From: Catajapyx aquilonaris
Lineage: Eukaryota
NCBI GenBank assembly: GCA_000934665.2
Contig: KZ539038.1
Location: 1 to 35,789 of the forward strand
Length of the DNA: 35,789 nt
Reading direction: 5' to 3'
The notes under the pieces were generated by a model. It did not search any database, was not told the origin of the DNA, and saw only the letters and a list, made by a program, of their open reading frames with translations. The position numbers and the translations under genes were made by a program. Below, in pieces: positions 24,001 to 34,303 of this stretch. Within the stretch, counting starts at the first letter, position 1; the number at the start of each line of letters is the position of its first letter.

Positions 24001-27000
24001 GATATTCAACACTAATTCACCATTTTTTTTTCTTTTACACCTCACACCAATACCACAGTTGGAGCCAGAAAATATTCAACTGGGACCTGGTGGCCGTGTG
24101 GGCTCTTGGATGAAGGGCAGTCAGCTTGGCAGCAAACAACTGGCCTCCCAAGACCAGATGGAACAGAAGCCTTCAGGAATTGGATTGGGAAGTGGAATGA
24201 CAATGAGTGGAGGAAGTGCGAGTGTTGGAGGTGGCAGTGCCCCCACCAACCGCTTCCTGGCACTGGGTGGGGACTCTGGGCCTCCTCCTTTTGCTTCTTC
24301 GAGAGGGAGCAACAGGACACCTCCCCCACCGTCTGGCAGGGACCAGAGAGGTGGAATGGGTGGTCGAGATGGGAAGCAAGCCTCTTCTGCTGCCATGCCG
24401 GCCATGGACAAGGGGAAGGAAAATGCCCTGGCGGCAGTGCGATATATCACAGGTGGGTTCCCTCGTGAATTAGAATTATTTAGTCTTTACACTAGCTCAG
24501 ATCAAACTCGGTGAAGCAAATCCTGGTGGATTGCCCTTGTTATTAATTGTTGACAAAGACTAACTACAGTAGGTAACATTTGGCCTACCCAGATTTGTTT
24601 GACAGAGTTTGGTGTCCCAGTCATTAGGAATTATTGTAAACCACAGTGTTTTTGTCACACTAACAATGACGATGTCCCTCCTCTTCCCATCCCAAAAGCA
24701 CGCTTGGCAATAGACGGAAGTGAAAATGGTATGGGAAAATTTGTGACTCAGCATGGGCAGTTTGATCAGTGTATATTAATGCATTTTTCTCTTTGGAGTA
24801 GGGGATTCTGGCAAATCCCGCAGCCAGCAGTCGTCCCGTGAGAGTTCAGTAGCCCACGAGGAGCGTCCTCCCTCATCGACGGATCACCGGGAGCCCCGCC
24901 AGGGCAGTGGGGCTACTCCCCCAGCCTCCACACCTCCTGCTGCCCCGGTGGCAGCATCCTCCATGCTCAAGGGCTCTCCTAACCTGACTCAAGATGAGAT
25001 TTCCCACAAATCCAAGGCGCTCCTGGATGAGCTCTTCAGTGGGGATGACTTTGAGGAGGCAGTCACGTGTGTGACGGAACAGTTCCATCCCACAACTGTG
25101 GAAACCTTTGTGTTAGAGTCGCTCAACCATGTTCTTGGGAGGTCTCCCAAGTCCAGGGCCACGTGCGGGGCCCTCTTCCGCAACCTAGTCAGGCAGGGAG
25201 TCTTGCACCAGTCACAGTATATAGCAGGGTGAGTCACTGGCTCCTCACGCCTTGATTTTAGGTATCTGAATGTTGTCTTTGGTGCAGAGCAGAACAATGC
25301 AAGTTAATACCTCCAACAATGACGCAGAGACAAATGTGAAAGTTTGCTTCTTTCTTGCATGGGATTCCGAAACTTCGCTTACTAGTATACGTGCGAGTGA
25401 GTCCTTACCATCAGCTTTTTTTTTCCATTATGTTGCAAAGTAAATTATTGGTAGAATCTACTGTAATAGGCAGACACTCGAACCATGGAGAAAAGCTCTG
25501 TAATAATAATAATAATAATAATAATAATCCGGGTAGTGCTTGACCTCATCAGAGGTATAGAGCACGAACCTTTATTTATGTCTCGTACATATATTGGAAC
25601 CTTTATACGTAACGCCCAGGCCCACTGGCAGGATGACAGGAGGGGATGTGCAAGGTGCAGTGCGATGTCTTATACGTGGCCATTTTTAGTGAACTCCCTC
25701 GGGTGGTTTAGTCTGTGGAAATACCACCCGAGACGAAGCCAGAGGTGACCCTGAACTTTGCCTGAGGTGAAGGGGGTGTCCCCGGGTTGGGATCCAACCC
25801 GGGACCTTAACATCCGTGGGCGCGTACGTTACCGCAGCGCCACTTCGCCTCCCTGAGAAAAGCTCTGTATTGGGAACCTTTCCATTTGGGAAAAAGTTTA
25901 TTGGATCAGTAGATGTACTATATCTCTCAAAATCGTCTCTATGTTTTTGAGAGATATAGTACATGAGTGAACTGTGTTATAAAAAATCCTGCTTTCTTGT
26001 TTGAGGTAGTAGCAGATTGTGTATGGGCATACTCTTGCTTGTCTATTGGGATTAAATTGCACATGCAAACCAGCAGCTGTGGCTGAGAGAAATGTGCTAA
26101 GCGTTGAACAGGTTTCTAAGTGAAATCACTCTGTAGTCTATACCTTGCATGTTTTCTGTACCAAAATATATTGAAATGCCTCTCCTGGAATATGAATTTT
26201 GGAATATGAAACAGAGAGGCTTCATTCCATATGCATGCAGGATGTGTTGATAATTAGGTGGGGAAAAACAGTGTGATGTGTTAATTGGTTCCTTTTTCTA
26301 TTTCAGAGTTAAAAGTATATTAGAATTTGCAGAGGACCTCGTGATAGACTTTCCCAAGTTTTGGGAGTACATGGCAGAAATAATAAGTAAGTGGATCGTT
26401 GCATTTGTGTTTTTCTTGTTCTGGTAAGAGATGACATGCTTGCAGGCACATAACATTTTCCCCCTTCCGCCCCTTTGCAGGTCCAATACTCGAGGATGAT
26501 ACTGCGAATTTCCATTTTCTGCGAGAAGTAGCTCAACCTTTGAGGGAGATTAACCTTGCAGGGAAGATGGTAGCTGCAGTCATGCGCTGCATTGCCAATT
26601 CCAAGGCAAGTAACTTTCTAAAAGCATTTTGAAAGTTTAATCATTTCAGTACTTGAAATGTTGACTTGGACTGCATTAATTTTGAATGTACAGTCATTGC
26701 TGTAGTATTAGGTGTGATAGTTACCTGACAGGCAAATATCAGTGGGGCCTTGTATGATATTCTTGTACAATCTCTAATTGTGATTTTGGGATTAACTTGT
26801 GTGTATACACACGTAATTTTTAAATACGGGGTTCAACCACTGGCTTTTCATGATTTGACATGGATTGGCATAAAGTGGTGAATAAGTGCCTCATAGCATA
26901 GTGCTAATGTATTGTACTCTGAATATGATAACAGTCTGTTGACAGTTTGCCACACATAGTTTAGTTCATGAAGGGAACTCTTCTTAATTACCACCAGGGT

Positions 27001-28872
27001 CCCAAGAAGGTCAGTGAACTCTGGCGTTCAGCTGGCCTCAAATGGACAGTTTTTGTCGCAGAGGGAGAAGTTTCCCAGTTTGTCTCCCAGAATCAGTTGG
27101 AGTATGTGACTGGGGATGGCCCTGCCCTTCCTTCCTCACCTGGAATCTCGATGCCTGCCGTCAAGGCAAAGCTGGACGAGATGCTTCAGAAAGATGACCA
27201 CACTGATCACATCTTTGATTGGATAGATGTGAGTTTTGAAACTGCCCATTTTTCAACACACGAATCCGACAATTACATTGCATGGGTGAGCACAGTTGCA
27301 TTAAAACTGAAAACTTATTTTGATTGATTGACAAGACCAATTATGCTGCAGTGCATGAATGGATCTGTAGCTATAAAATCGTGTGAGAGCTGTCATTGCA
27401 GCTGTGCTCATTCTGCATACTCAAGTTGCTTTTGAGTGCAATGATGATGAGAAAATTGAACATACATTTGTGATGAGTTTCTCTAAAAGCTCAACAGGAC
27501 TGATTTGCACACTTGATAGATGTGAAACCCTCATCTAAAAGCCATGTCAGTGGTTTTTAATCAGTGGTTTACTTCTCAGGTGAATGTTGGTAACAAGACA
27601 AAGGATCCTCAGTTTGTACGTGCCTTGATGACGTCTGTCTGTGAACATATAATTAATGGTCAGTGTTCATATTCTTATGGCAAGTCTGTGAATGGGGGAG
27701 CATGTTGTGATTGTGTGGTCTTATTCTCTATTCAGCGCAAGCGCAGACCCCTGTAAGGGACAGGATGAAGCAGTACACAAACCTGCTGCAGCGGTACCTT
27801 GACCACAATGACCAGCTGGAGCTTCAGAGTCTGTATGCCCTTCAAGCCCTTATGCACAGGTTGCAGCCGCCAGCTGGTGAGTTTAAATTGTGTTTATTGC
27901 GTTGTTAATGTAAATTGTCATCATCCGAACAGTCGTGTTGTAATGAAAGGGAGCTATGATGGTTTATTTGGAAGAAGCCAAAGGAGCTATGATGACTTAT
28001 GGAAAGTTTTATTTGGCTGGAAATCAGCTGACCGGCAAATTTTTTTCCATAAATACGTAATATTGCAAGGATCTAGCTCCCCTTAGGACTCAAAAGTCCA
28101 ACATTTTAAATGGAATATGACTGTTTGCTGTGCAGAGAGACTCCTAAGACTGATTTTTTATACCTTCTTCTCAATCATTCGTATTTTAGCTGATAGAATG
28201 AGATCATACTGTAAGAGTTGACACGAGGTCTCAGATAAAGAAATTGCAGTAAAACCCCAATTATCTGTCACCCATGGGGACTGGGGCATTGTTGTATAAC
28301 AGAAAAGGTCGGATAATCCCAAGAGTAAAGGAAACACAACAAAAAGTGTAAAAAACCATGAAAGGTGTACAATATTACGCTTTTCTAAGAAATAGTGAAA
28401 TATTTATCATTTACGTACACACCACTGTTTAAAATTTAACTGAGGCAATACAAATGAAATGATTAGTAGGCCTGCATTACAGTATTTGATGAGAAAACAT
28501 GTTTATTGCTGGACCGGGACCCTCTGATGATAATCCGAGGTCGGTTAAACAGGGTTCCACTGTACTGGATAATTATGGGAATTAAAAACTAGAAAAGTGA
28601 GATTTTTCAAATGAAACTGGAGGAGGTACCTAGTTATTGTAAGATGAAGGTTAAGGACATTAACTGAATTTTTTATTCCTCCTTCAACAGGAGTTCTTGG
28701 CCAGATTTTTGAAGCCCTTTATGATGAGGAGGTAGTGTCGGAAGATGCCTTCAAACAGTGGGAGCAGAGCACTGATCCTGCCGAACAAGAAGGCAAGGGT
28801 GTTGCCCTCCTGTCAGTCACACAATTTTTCGTCTGGCTGAAGGAAACTGAAGAGGATGATGAGGACTCTTGA
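2529..28872 (+). CDS. eIF4G: Eukaryotic translation initiation factor 4 gamma (eIF4G1/3-like), spliced CDS of 20 exons (E2-E21), 2008 aa from ATG 2529
   Basis: Manually joined exons 2529-2582, 3311-3424, 9083-9169, 9488-9617, 10579-10814, 11207-13115, 17578-18006, 18634-18773, 19627-19716, 19789-19965, 20041-20178, 20613-21476, 24059-24452, 24802-25228, 26307-26386, 26481-26605, 26998-27228, 27580-27658, 27736-27876, 28691-28872. All phases are compatible and the total is 6027 nt. eIF4G motifs occur in the expected order: PABP site, YxxxxLL, MIF4G, MA3, W2. Confidence 0.95.
3311..3424 (+). CDS. eIF4G: eIF4G exon E3 ([20 protein letters not shown]...)
   Basis: Acceptor cccacgcag, donor CAG|GTAGTG, 38 codons, phase 0/0. 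P/Q-rich composition like eIF4G N-termini. Confidence 0.75.
4261..4528 (-). mobile_element. Second copy of the Helitron-like family
   Basis: Same CTAG/hairpin terminus in reverse, (GACA)n, and shared internal sequence with 1327-1613. Confidence 0.75.
5250..6345. mobile_element. Older fold-back element interrupted by the 5284-5968 MITE
   Basis: Long imperfect inverted repeat between ~6000-6120 and ~6180-6300. Outer matches at 5251-5278 and 6317-6343. Confidence 0.6.
5284..5968. mobile_element. pogo/Tigger-like MITE with long TIRs
   Basis: TA|CAGTACCCTGCATTAATGGCCATGCACAGACACCGCCA, with its inverse ending at 5968|TA. Confidence 0.9.
6770..6984. mobile_element. hAT-type MITE
   Basis: TIRs CAGTAGTTCCAACCT / AGGTTGGGAACCACTG with a perfect 8-bp TSD GAGTAGAC. 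Confidence 0.9.
7396..7465. repeat. AT-rich (TA)n-like microsatellite
   Basis: tatattatatatata arrays. Confidence 0.8.
9083..9169 (+). CDS. eIF4G: eIF4G exon E4 ([29 protein letters not shown])
   Basis: AG acceptor and GTGAGT donor, 29 codons. Confidence 0.8.
9488..9617 (+). CDS. eIF4G: eIF4G exon E5 ([21 protein letters not shown]...)
   Basis: Acceptor tgtttcag, donor GTGAGT, phase 0/1. Confidence 0.85.
10200..10411 (-). mobile_element. Degenerate tRNA-derived SINE
   Basis: Minus strand begins gggcacacagtggtctactg...gtcctttgttcaaaaccc, with decayed A/B boxes. Confidence 0.4.
10579..10814 (+). CDS. eIF4G: eIF4G exon E6, PABP-binding motif
   Basis: [25 protein letters not shown] resembles the human eIF4G1 PABP site [26 protein letters not shown]. 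Canonical splice sites. Confidence 0.92.
11207..13115 (+). CDS. eIF4G: eIF4G exon E7, 1909-nt low-complexity exon (acidic, Q/H/P/M-rich, PA repeats)
   Basis: 676-aa ORF. Acceptor ttgcag and donor G|GTAGGA, with phases matching E6 and E8. Confidence 0.9.
14967..15008. repeat. (CA)n(GA)n microsatellite
   Basis: Seen directly. Confidence 0.95.
15403..15505. other. Poly-C tract spanning an assembly gap (N at 15426-15484)
   Basis: Seen directly. Confidence 0.98.
17578..18006 (+). CDS. eIF4G: eIF4G exon E8
   Basis: [18 protein letters not shown] resembles the conserved KELNKKE..DLLDAF segment. Boundaries cttacag and GTGAGT. Confidence 0.92.
18634..18773 (+). CDS. eIF4G: eIF4G exon E9, eIF4E-binding motif YGRDFLL (18672-18692)
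   Basis: [23 protein letters not shown] contains the canonical YxxxxL-hydrophobic motif. This exon is too short to appear in the ORF track. Confidence 0.95.
19627..19716 (+). CDS. eIF4G: eIF4G exon E10 (DFTPNYA motif)
   Basis: 90 nt, boundaries tttcag and GTGAGT. DFTP motif conserved in eIF4G. Confidence 0.9.
19789..19965 (+). CDS. eIF4G: eIF4G exon E11 ([12 protein letters not shown])
   Basis: Conserved pre-MIF4G AWKP motif. Canonical splice sites. Confidence 0.93.
20041..20178 (+). CDS. eIF4G: eIF4G exon E12, start of MIF4G domain
   Basis: [18 protein letters not shown]...[11 protein letters not shown]. Confidence 0.96.
20613..21476 (+). CDS. eIF4G: eIF4G exon E13, rest of MIF4G domain and Gly-rich linker
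   Basis: [54 protein letters not shown]. Confidence 0.97.
24059..24452 (+). CDS. eIF4G: eIF4G exon E14, linker
   Basis: QLGPGG..SWMKGS and TNRFLAL match eIF4G linker motifs. Phase 0/1. Confidence 0.92.
24802..25228 (+). CDS. eIF4G: eIF4G exon E15, start of MA3 domain
   Basis: [24 protein letters not shown]. Phase 1/2. Confidence 0.92.
25503..25854 (-). mobile_element. tRNA-derived SINE with (TTA)n tail
   Basis: A box TGGCGCTGCGG and B-box-like GGTTGGATCCC on the minus strand, (TAA)n at 25501-25528, and a 15-bp TSD GAGAAAAGCTCTGTA (25488-25502, 25855-25869). Confidence 0.88.
26307..26386 (+). CDS. eIF4G: eIF4G exon E16 (MA3)
   Basis: [23 protein letters not shown]. Confidence 0.93.
26481..26605 (+). 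CDS. eIF4G: eIF4G exon E17, ends at a GC donor
   Basis: [21 protein letters not shown]... The frame is kept by AAG|GCAAGT. Confidence 0.88.
26998..27228 (+). CDS. eIF4G: eIF4G exon E18
   Basis: [16 protein letters not shown]...IFDWID. Confidence 0.93.
27436..27510 (+). ncRNA. Intronic box C/D snoRNA, predicted 28S rRNA 2'-O-methylation guide
   Basis: Box C ATGATGA at 27441, C' GTGATGA at 27470, box D CTGA at 27500, terminal stem GTGCAA/TTGCAC. Guide AAGCTCAACAGG (27487-27498) is complementary to conserved LSU CCUGUUGAGCUU. Ends about 70 nt before the 3' splice site. Confidence 0.85.
27580..27658 (+). CDS. eIF4G: eIF4G exon E19 (W2 region)
   Basis: [12 protein letters not shown]. Confidence 0.93.
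27736..27876 (+). CDS. eIF4G: eIF4G exon E20 (W2)
   Basis: [18 protein letters not shown]. Confidence 0.93.
28247..28562. mobile_element. Degenerate CAGT...ACTG (pogo-like) MITE
   Basis: cagtaaaacccc...gggttccactg|ta, with subterminal gataatcc motifs. Confidence 0.55.
28691..28872 (+). CDS. eIF4G: eIF4G terminal coding exon E21 (W2, Mnk-binding end)
   Basis: [18 protein letters not shown]...[26 protein letters not shown]. Confidence 0.96.
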
Positions 28873-30310
28873 GACTAGTGGACGCTTAGGGTCTATGCTG
28901 ATATGTTTTTTACATATTTTTTTTCCACCCAGTCTTGTTTGTTTGGTATTTTTTTGCCCCCTCCCTCCCCCACCCCCAGTGCGTTTTTCGTTACGTTGGA
29001 GATGGTTTTTTTTTTGCAAGTACTATTTTTAATTTTATTAAATTTTGTTTGAGTTTTCTTTTTTTCCTGTGAGATTGAGCGGACAGGACGCTGACAGGGA
29101 CTATGGAGGGTTGAGGATGATTTCTTTTTTTTTCCATTACTTTTTCGGGGGTTGTGGAGGGAAAGTTTGCAGGTTGGGGAGGGGAGGGGGTTAAGACAAG
29201 GCGAGTTGGAGATTTGTTTTCGTGTTGTGTGGGGCGAGGTTTGGGGTAGCTGAACCATGGATCATGTTGATGCTGAAAAGTTTGTTTGAATTGTACAACC
29301 CTATTATTATCAACTTGTACAGAATCGTGTATCTTTGAACAAAAAAAAAACAACAACAAAAAAGAACCATGGAAAAATGAACGGGAGATAAATTTTCGTT
29401 GTCCCATGAGAACACTTGGGCTGCTATTCGTGCAGGTTTTTGGGACATATGTAATTTTTCCTCCCTCCCTCCCCTGTTTTTTTTTTTTGTCTAGTGACCC
29501 CCTTGACCCCAAAGTCTTCCTTGACCAGGGGATTGTGAAAACAAGCTTTATTTGCATAATAATTGAAACAGTGAACTGGTTTATATAAAAATGTAACATG
29601 CCTACATTGCATGAGACAGGGTTAAGTAATATACTTTCTCCTTTTTTTTTTGTCAACATAAACTGGGGGTTGACAAGCTCAAATTCTTGCAGTTTACACA
29701 AGACACATGGACACACAACAACAGTGCTGACACAAGCTGAGAAAAATTTTTTTCTAATTTTTTTACAGTTGTTAATAAGTGGAGTTGGGGACAGGGCATG
29801 ATTTTGAGCTTGTACATATAATAATGACAGTAAGCTTAACTTGTTGGTTAAATATACAGGAAGGTGTGCATGGTGATGCAAAAAAAGAAAAAAAAAATCA
29901 CATATAATGGAAAAAATCAAATGCTGGCCAGGGTTTTATATGGCTGCATTGGTCGGTATTGAAAATTTGTATGATATGCATAATTGGATAGGAATGATAA
30001 TAATAAAAATACGACATTGAAACAGCCTTGCATGCTACAGATCCAGCATCTCTTCTGATCATTACACATCTCACTAGAAGCAGAATAAAAAATAAAAAAA
30101 AGAATGAGATTTTTTCCCATTGACTGCGTAATTTTTTGGGCCCCGTGAGGACGAGATGCTTGCCTTCGTTTATTGACGCTGATGACAAATGCCGAGGAAA
30201 CATGTATGATAAACAATTTATCTTGGGAATGGAAATGTTATTTATGAGAACAGGAGATATTTGATGTCATTATTAGATGCATATCTGAATAAACTGAAAT
30301 GAAATAACAC
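28873..30310 (+). other. eIF4G 3' UTR with several polyadenylation signals
   Basis: U-rich tracts. AATAAA at 30002, 30084, 30091 and 30288. Pumilio-type TGTACATA at 29811. The end point is approximate. Confidence 0.65.
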
Positions 30311-30550
30311 AACACTTGTTACCTGTGTGCCTCTTTGGGAGTGTATGAGAGTTGTTCGTGAAATGCCCTTGGGATGGGAAAATTGGGATAGTTCCAATCA
30401 GGGCTTGTTGCCTTATTGCAGCCTGGACATCATTGAAGGCAAGTGGTATGAGGAGCACATGCCTCATAAGTCGTGTTGATAGGGGTGATGAAGGCCCCCT
30501 TTCTCCACCTCGATGGCCTACAGCTTCCTTGCGAATGCTTTCCGTCGTGT

Positions 30551-31590
30551 CCGCGGTTAATTCAAAGTGAAATTCCTCATATCTCGCAGTCAACCAGGCA
30601 TTTCAGTGTACCCTTTCGATTGGCACAACCCGGCCGCCCCGTTTTTCCCGCCAATTTTGAAGGCACTTTTAAATGTGCCGTAATTTATCCAGTAATGTCA
30701 TTTTGATGCAACAGAGTGATGGAATGTATGTTTACGGGCATGGGCTAGCTAGTTATGAACAAAAATCCCAAATCCCAGGCCAAGGCTACTTCCCCATTAC
30801 CGCGCCTAGAAAAATTTAAAGTGACAAAGAGGCCATCACTCATGAACAGTCTTGATCACCGCATACATTTTGTTGGAAGTATTAGGCTCGTTTTCTCGAA
30901 CAGGGAACAGTGGTTCAAATCTAAACCCTGGTCAAGTCCGGTTTAATCCCAGTTCAGAGTCTTTTAGCTGGGATTAAACCCTCTGAACTGGGATTAAAGC
31001 ATAGCCTATACTTGAATCGGGTTTAGATTTGACCCACTGTTCGAGAAAAAGGGCATAATATTGCAAATGAAGGTGATGCAATCTTCCATCATACACCTTG
31101 GTAACGAGAATCTACCTGTATTACAGTATTTTTATCCTTGCAATACATTATTGTTGGCATCCCTGAGTCAGCAAATAGATTATCACGACAAGTCAGCATA
31201 ATATATGTTAGCCCTGACTCAGCGCAAGCTAAGCACACTTTATGAAATGTTGGGACGCCCTGCCCGGTGCAAAGCAGGTGCGGGGCATTGTGGGCGATTG
31301 CAGACCCTCCTGAGCCCACAATCCCACCACAATAATCCAGTCCCCACCTTATGCCAGCCCGCCATTCGCGCCCAGTAGCCCCTGTAAGAGCGTCGGCGCC
31401 CCGAAGAACCACAGCGGACACGCGAGCAATCACTCCGCGCAGGCAACCGGCGCGGCGCCACCTAACACCTCTATACACCCTTTTGGTTGGGAACCCCTGC
31501 TCTAAAGTGTGATGATTTTTACTCTCGCTGGCAGAACGCTGCTCACTCCCCTCCGCTAGCACCTCCGCAGGTTTGCGCGAGACTTCAAAG
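30551..31590 (+). promoter_or_regulatory. CpG-rich region with three E2F/CDE-N4-CHR composite motifs upstream of the duplicate
   Basis: CCGCGG-ttaa-TTCAAA (30551-30566), TTCCCGC-caat-TTTGAA (30645-30661), TTGCGCG-agac-TTCAAA (31573-31589). Confidence 0.45.
30885..31055. mobile_element. Short palindromic MITE (PIF/Harbinger-like)
   Basis: ttttctcgaacag..caaatctaaacc versus ggtttagatttg..ctgttcgagaaaa, with TTA/TAA flanks. Confidence 0.65.
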
Positions 31591-34303
31591 ATTTGGTAAG
31601 ATTGTCTAGGATTGCAAGCGCGATGGATTCGTTGATTGTGGTTGGAGGGACACCATTTCAAAGAGTGCCATGCTGCATTAACGTGATTGTAAGGCAGAGT
31701 CTGTGTACATGTAGAGATCATTTGTTCTATTGCATTGACAACGTGAACTGGGAGTGGGTTGCATATTTATTGCAAGGAAGAAAATTGCATGCATTTGACA
31801 GTAACGTCAAAAGGCCGTACGTCTAGTTGTTGTAGCAACTCGTGAGGTAGTTTCTGTCATTAACTTCGTGCTTTTTCACATTATGCTGATGGATGAAATA
31901 TTCCACGTTGCTTTTTTCAGCCAAGGGTACCTGAGACAAGACCCTTGAACATGACTACACTGAGGTTTGCTGACTTTACGCCAAACTCTGCAATGTCCCC
32001 TGCACCTCGGGTGAGTTAGTTGGACGTGGTCTAAACCAAGGTCTAAACTCTAAAGAGTTGGAATGTGAATGGCAAAGAATAACGGAGAATGTTTTCTGCA
32101 GATGCTTCCGAAGAGGAACAACCAGGAAGGAAGGGTGAAGGCTCCCAAAGTGCGGCCCAGCCCCAGCTTGCAACAGGAGGAGGAAGTAAAACTTCATGAG
32201 GCTGAGAATGCATGGAAACCTAACTTCAAGATAAGCATAAGCAAAAAGGAGCTGACCGAAAAAGAGACCATGTCAGAGGTAATGATGGTGACTCAAGGGG
32301 TGAAGAATTTTTGTTTCCTGTGCATGTTATAACTTGGGATTTTTGTGCAGGAGCTGTACAAGAAGGTTCGGGGCATCTTGAACAAGCTGACTCCTCAGAT
32401 GTTTGAAATTCTGGTGGGCCAGGTCCAGGAGCTGCCCATTGACAACCAAGAAAGACTGAAAGGAGTCATGGAGCTTGTGTTTGAACAAGTACTGTATCTA
32501 TCATTCATAACATACGGGTCATTCCCACATGCCACAAAATCTCGATCTTCAACCATGATTCTGAGGGGCAAAATCGGGATCGTTTGGTGACTGTTCCCAC
32601 CAGCCACGTACTTTTCACGATTTTCGGTAGATGGGTCTGGAAGCATGCCCTCCTGCCTGGCGAAAAAATGACTCGATTCGGCTCATGGCCAAACGCATGG
32701 GTGTCTCTACGATGGGCTTGGCTGTAATAGCAACGAGGCATGCTATCCATGTTATTGCACATGTCCTGGCTGCCCGCAGAGCGAGGGACCAGATGGGACC
32801 AAGCAGACAGCCGCCATGTTACTCGGCTAAGATCCGGTCTGGAGGGGGAGTGACATCAAGACCAAGACTGGAAACCTGGCAGCCAGCATCTACAAGCTGT
32901 TTCGCCGAATCACCTTTGTAAATCAAAATGCGTTCGGGTGGAGGGAGGGCATGTGGGAACAGCCCAAGATCGATTTTCGGGGGTATTAATCGAATCATGG
33001 TCCCTGTGGCATGTGGGAATGGCCCTGTTGGTGCAGAATTGGTTGGACAACAAAGGATTGTGTCACATTCCTGCCCCTTTTGTGAATGTCAGTGTCAGTA
33101 TCGAGAAGGCCGCACTTGTGCCTATGAGGTTCTGTCATTAGGGGATGCAGGTCATGAGCTGGCTTCTTGTATAATACTGGTAAGAGGCAGTACTTCAGAA
33201 GATGCATATATTCAAGGTGGTGGCTTTACTGGATTTTTAAAAAATTTATCTTTTGGATATATCCACTAATCACTTGCCAGCAATGTCTGCAGGATCTTAT
33301 GTCATAGACAGCAGATCTAATTTCTTCAAAAAGTAAAGAATTGCACCAATGGCTTTTGATAATTAATTAGTAACACTTTTGTAACTTTATGTTGAATAAA
33401 TTTTTATAGGCGCTTCATGATCCAGCCTTCTCTGTGGCATATGCCAAGATGTGCAAGACCATGGCCATGATCCAAGTGCCAGTAGATGAAGGCAGAAATA
33501 AGTGTGTGAACTTCCGCAGGTTGCTGCTTCTCCGCTGCCAGAATGAGTTTGAGAAGGACTGGACAGACGAGCTGCGCAGCTTGAGAACCAAGGAAATAGA
33601 ACCCACTCCCTCGGAGGAGAAGCGCAAAGAGATGCAGGTGGCACTTGATGAAGAGGAGCGTCGCCTTCGGAAGCGTTCTCTGGGCAACATTCGCTTCATT
33701 GGAGAACTGTACAAGCTGGGCATGCTGACCTCCAAGATCATACACGAGTGCCTGCAAAAACTTATACGTCAGGGGGATGAAGATTCTCTAGAGTGCCTCT
33801 CTCTTCTCCTGTCAACCATTGGGCGGGAAATGGAGAGGGAGATTGTGCAAAAGTCTAAGAACTCTGGCTCCAAGGAGGACATGGGACATTATTTTGCCCA
33901 GATGCAGGCCATAGTTCAGAAGCGGACCACCTCCAGTCGGGTGCGGTTCAAGCTGCAGGATGCCATTGAGTTGCGCAGCTGTAAATGGGTGCCACGTCAT
34001 GATGATATCAACCCCAAGACCATTGACCAGATCCATAAGGAGGCAGAGCGGGAAGCTATTGAACAGACTATTTCACTGCAGCAGGCACCTCCACCTATGC
34101 GGGGAAGGGGTGGAGGTGGTGGGGGAATGGAATACAAGAATAAGGGTGGGATGCCTATGGCAGGTGGCGACCCTGGCATGGGGGAGCATCCGTGGTTCGC
34201 AGCACAGAAGCCTGTCTATACCAGGATATGTGGCATGGATTTTAGCAAACTGACCAAGCATGCCCTGAAGGTCAGTCTCGATGTTTGTCTGATTTTCTCT
34301 CTG
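31591..34303 (+). repeat. Segmental tandem duplicate of 19297-~21507 (introns included)
   Basis: Colinear high similarity from atttggtaagattg onward in both exons and introns, ending about 30 nt after the E13 donor. Confidence 0.97.

Noticed and set aside
26002..26027. let-7-like sequence TGAGGTAGTAGcagATTGTGTATGG
   Set aside because: The match breaks after 11 nt and there is no complementary star arm to form a precursor.
28991..29920. 309-aa minus-strand ORF
   Set aside because: Antisense to the U-rich 3' UTR, with poly-K/F composition and no recognisable domain.
31591..34303. Duplicate as an uncollapsed haplotype or retrocopy
   Set aside because: Introns are retained, so it is not a retrocopy. 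The many amino-acid changes, unique flanks and private insertions are excessive for an allele of a conserved gene, though long reads would be decisive.
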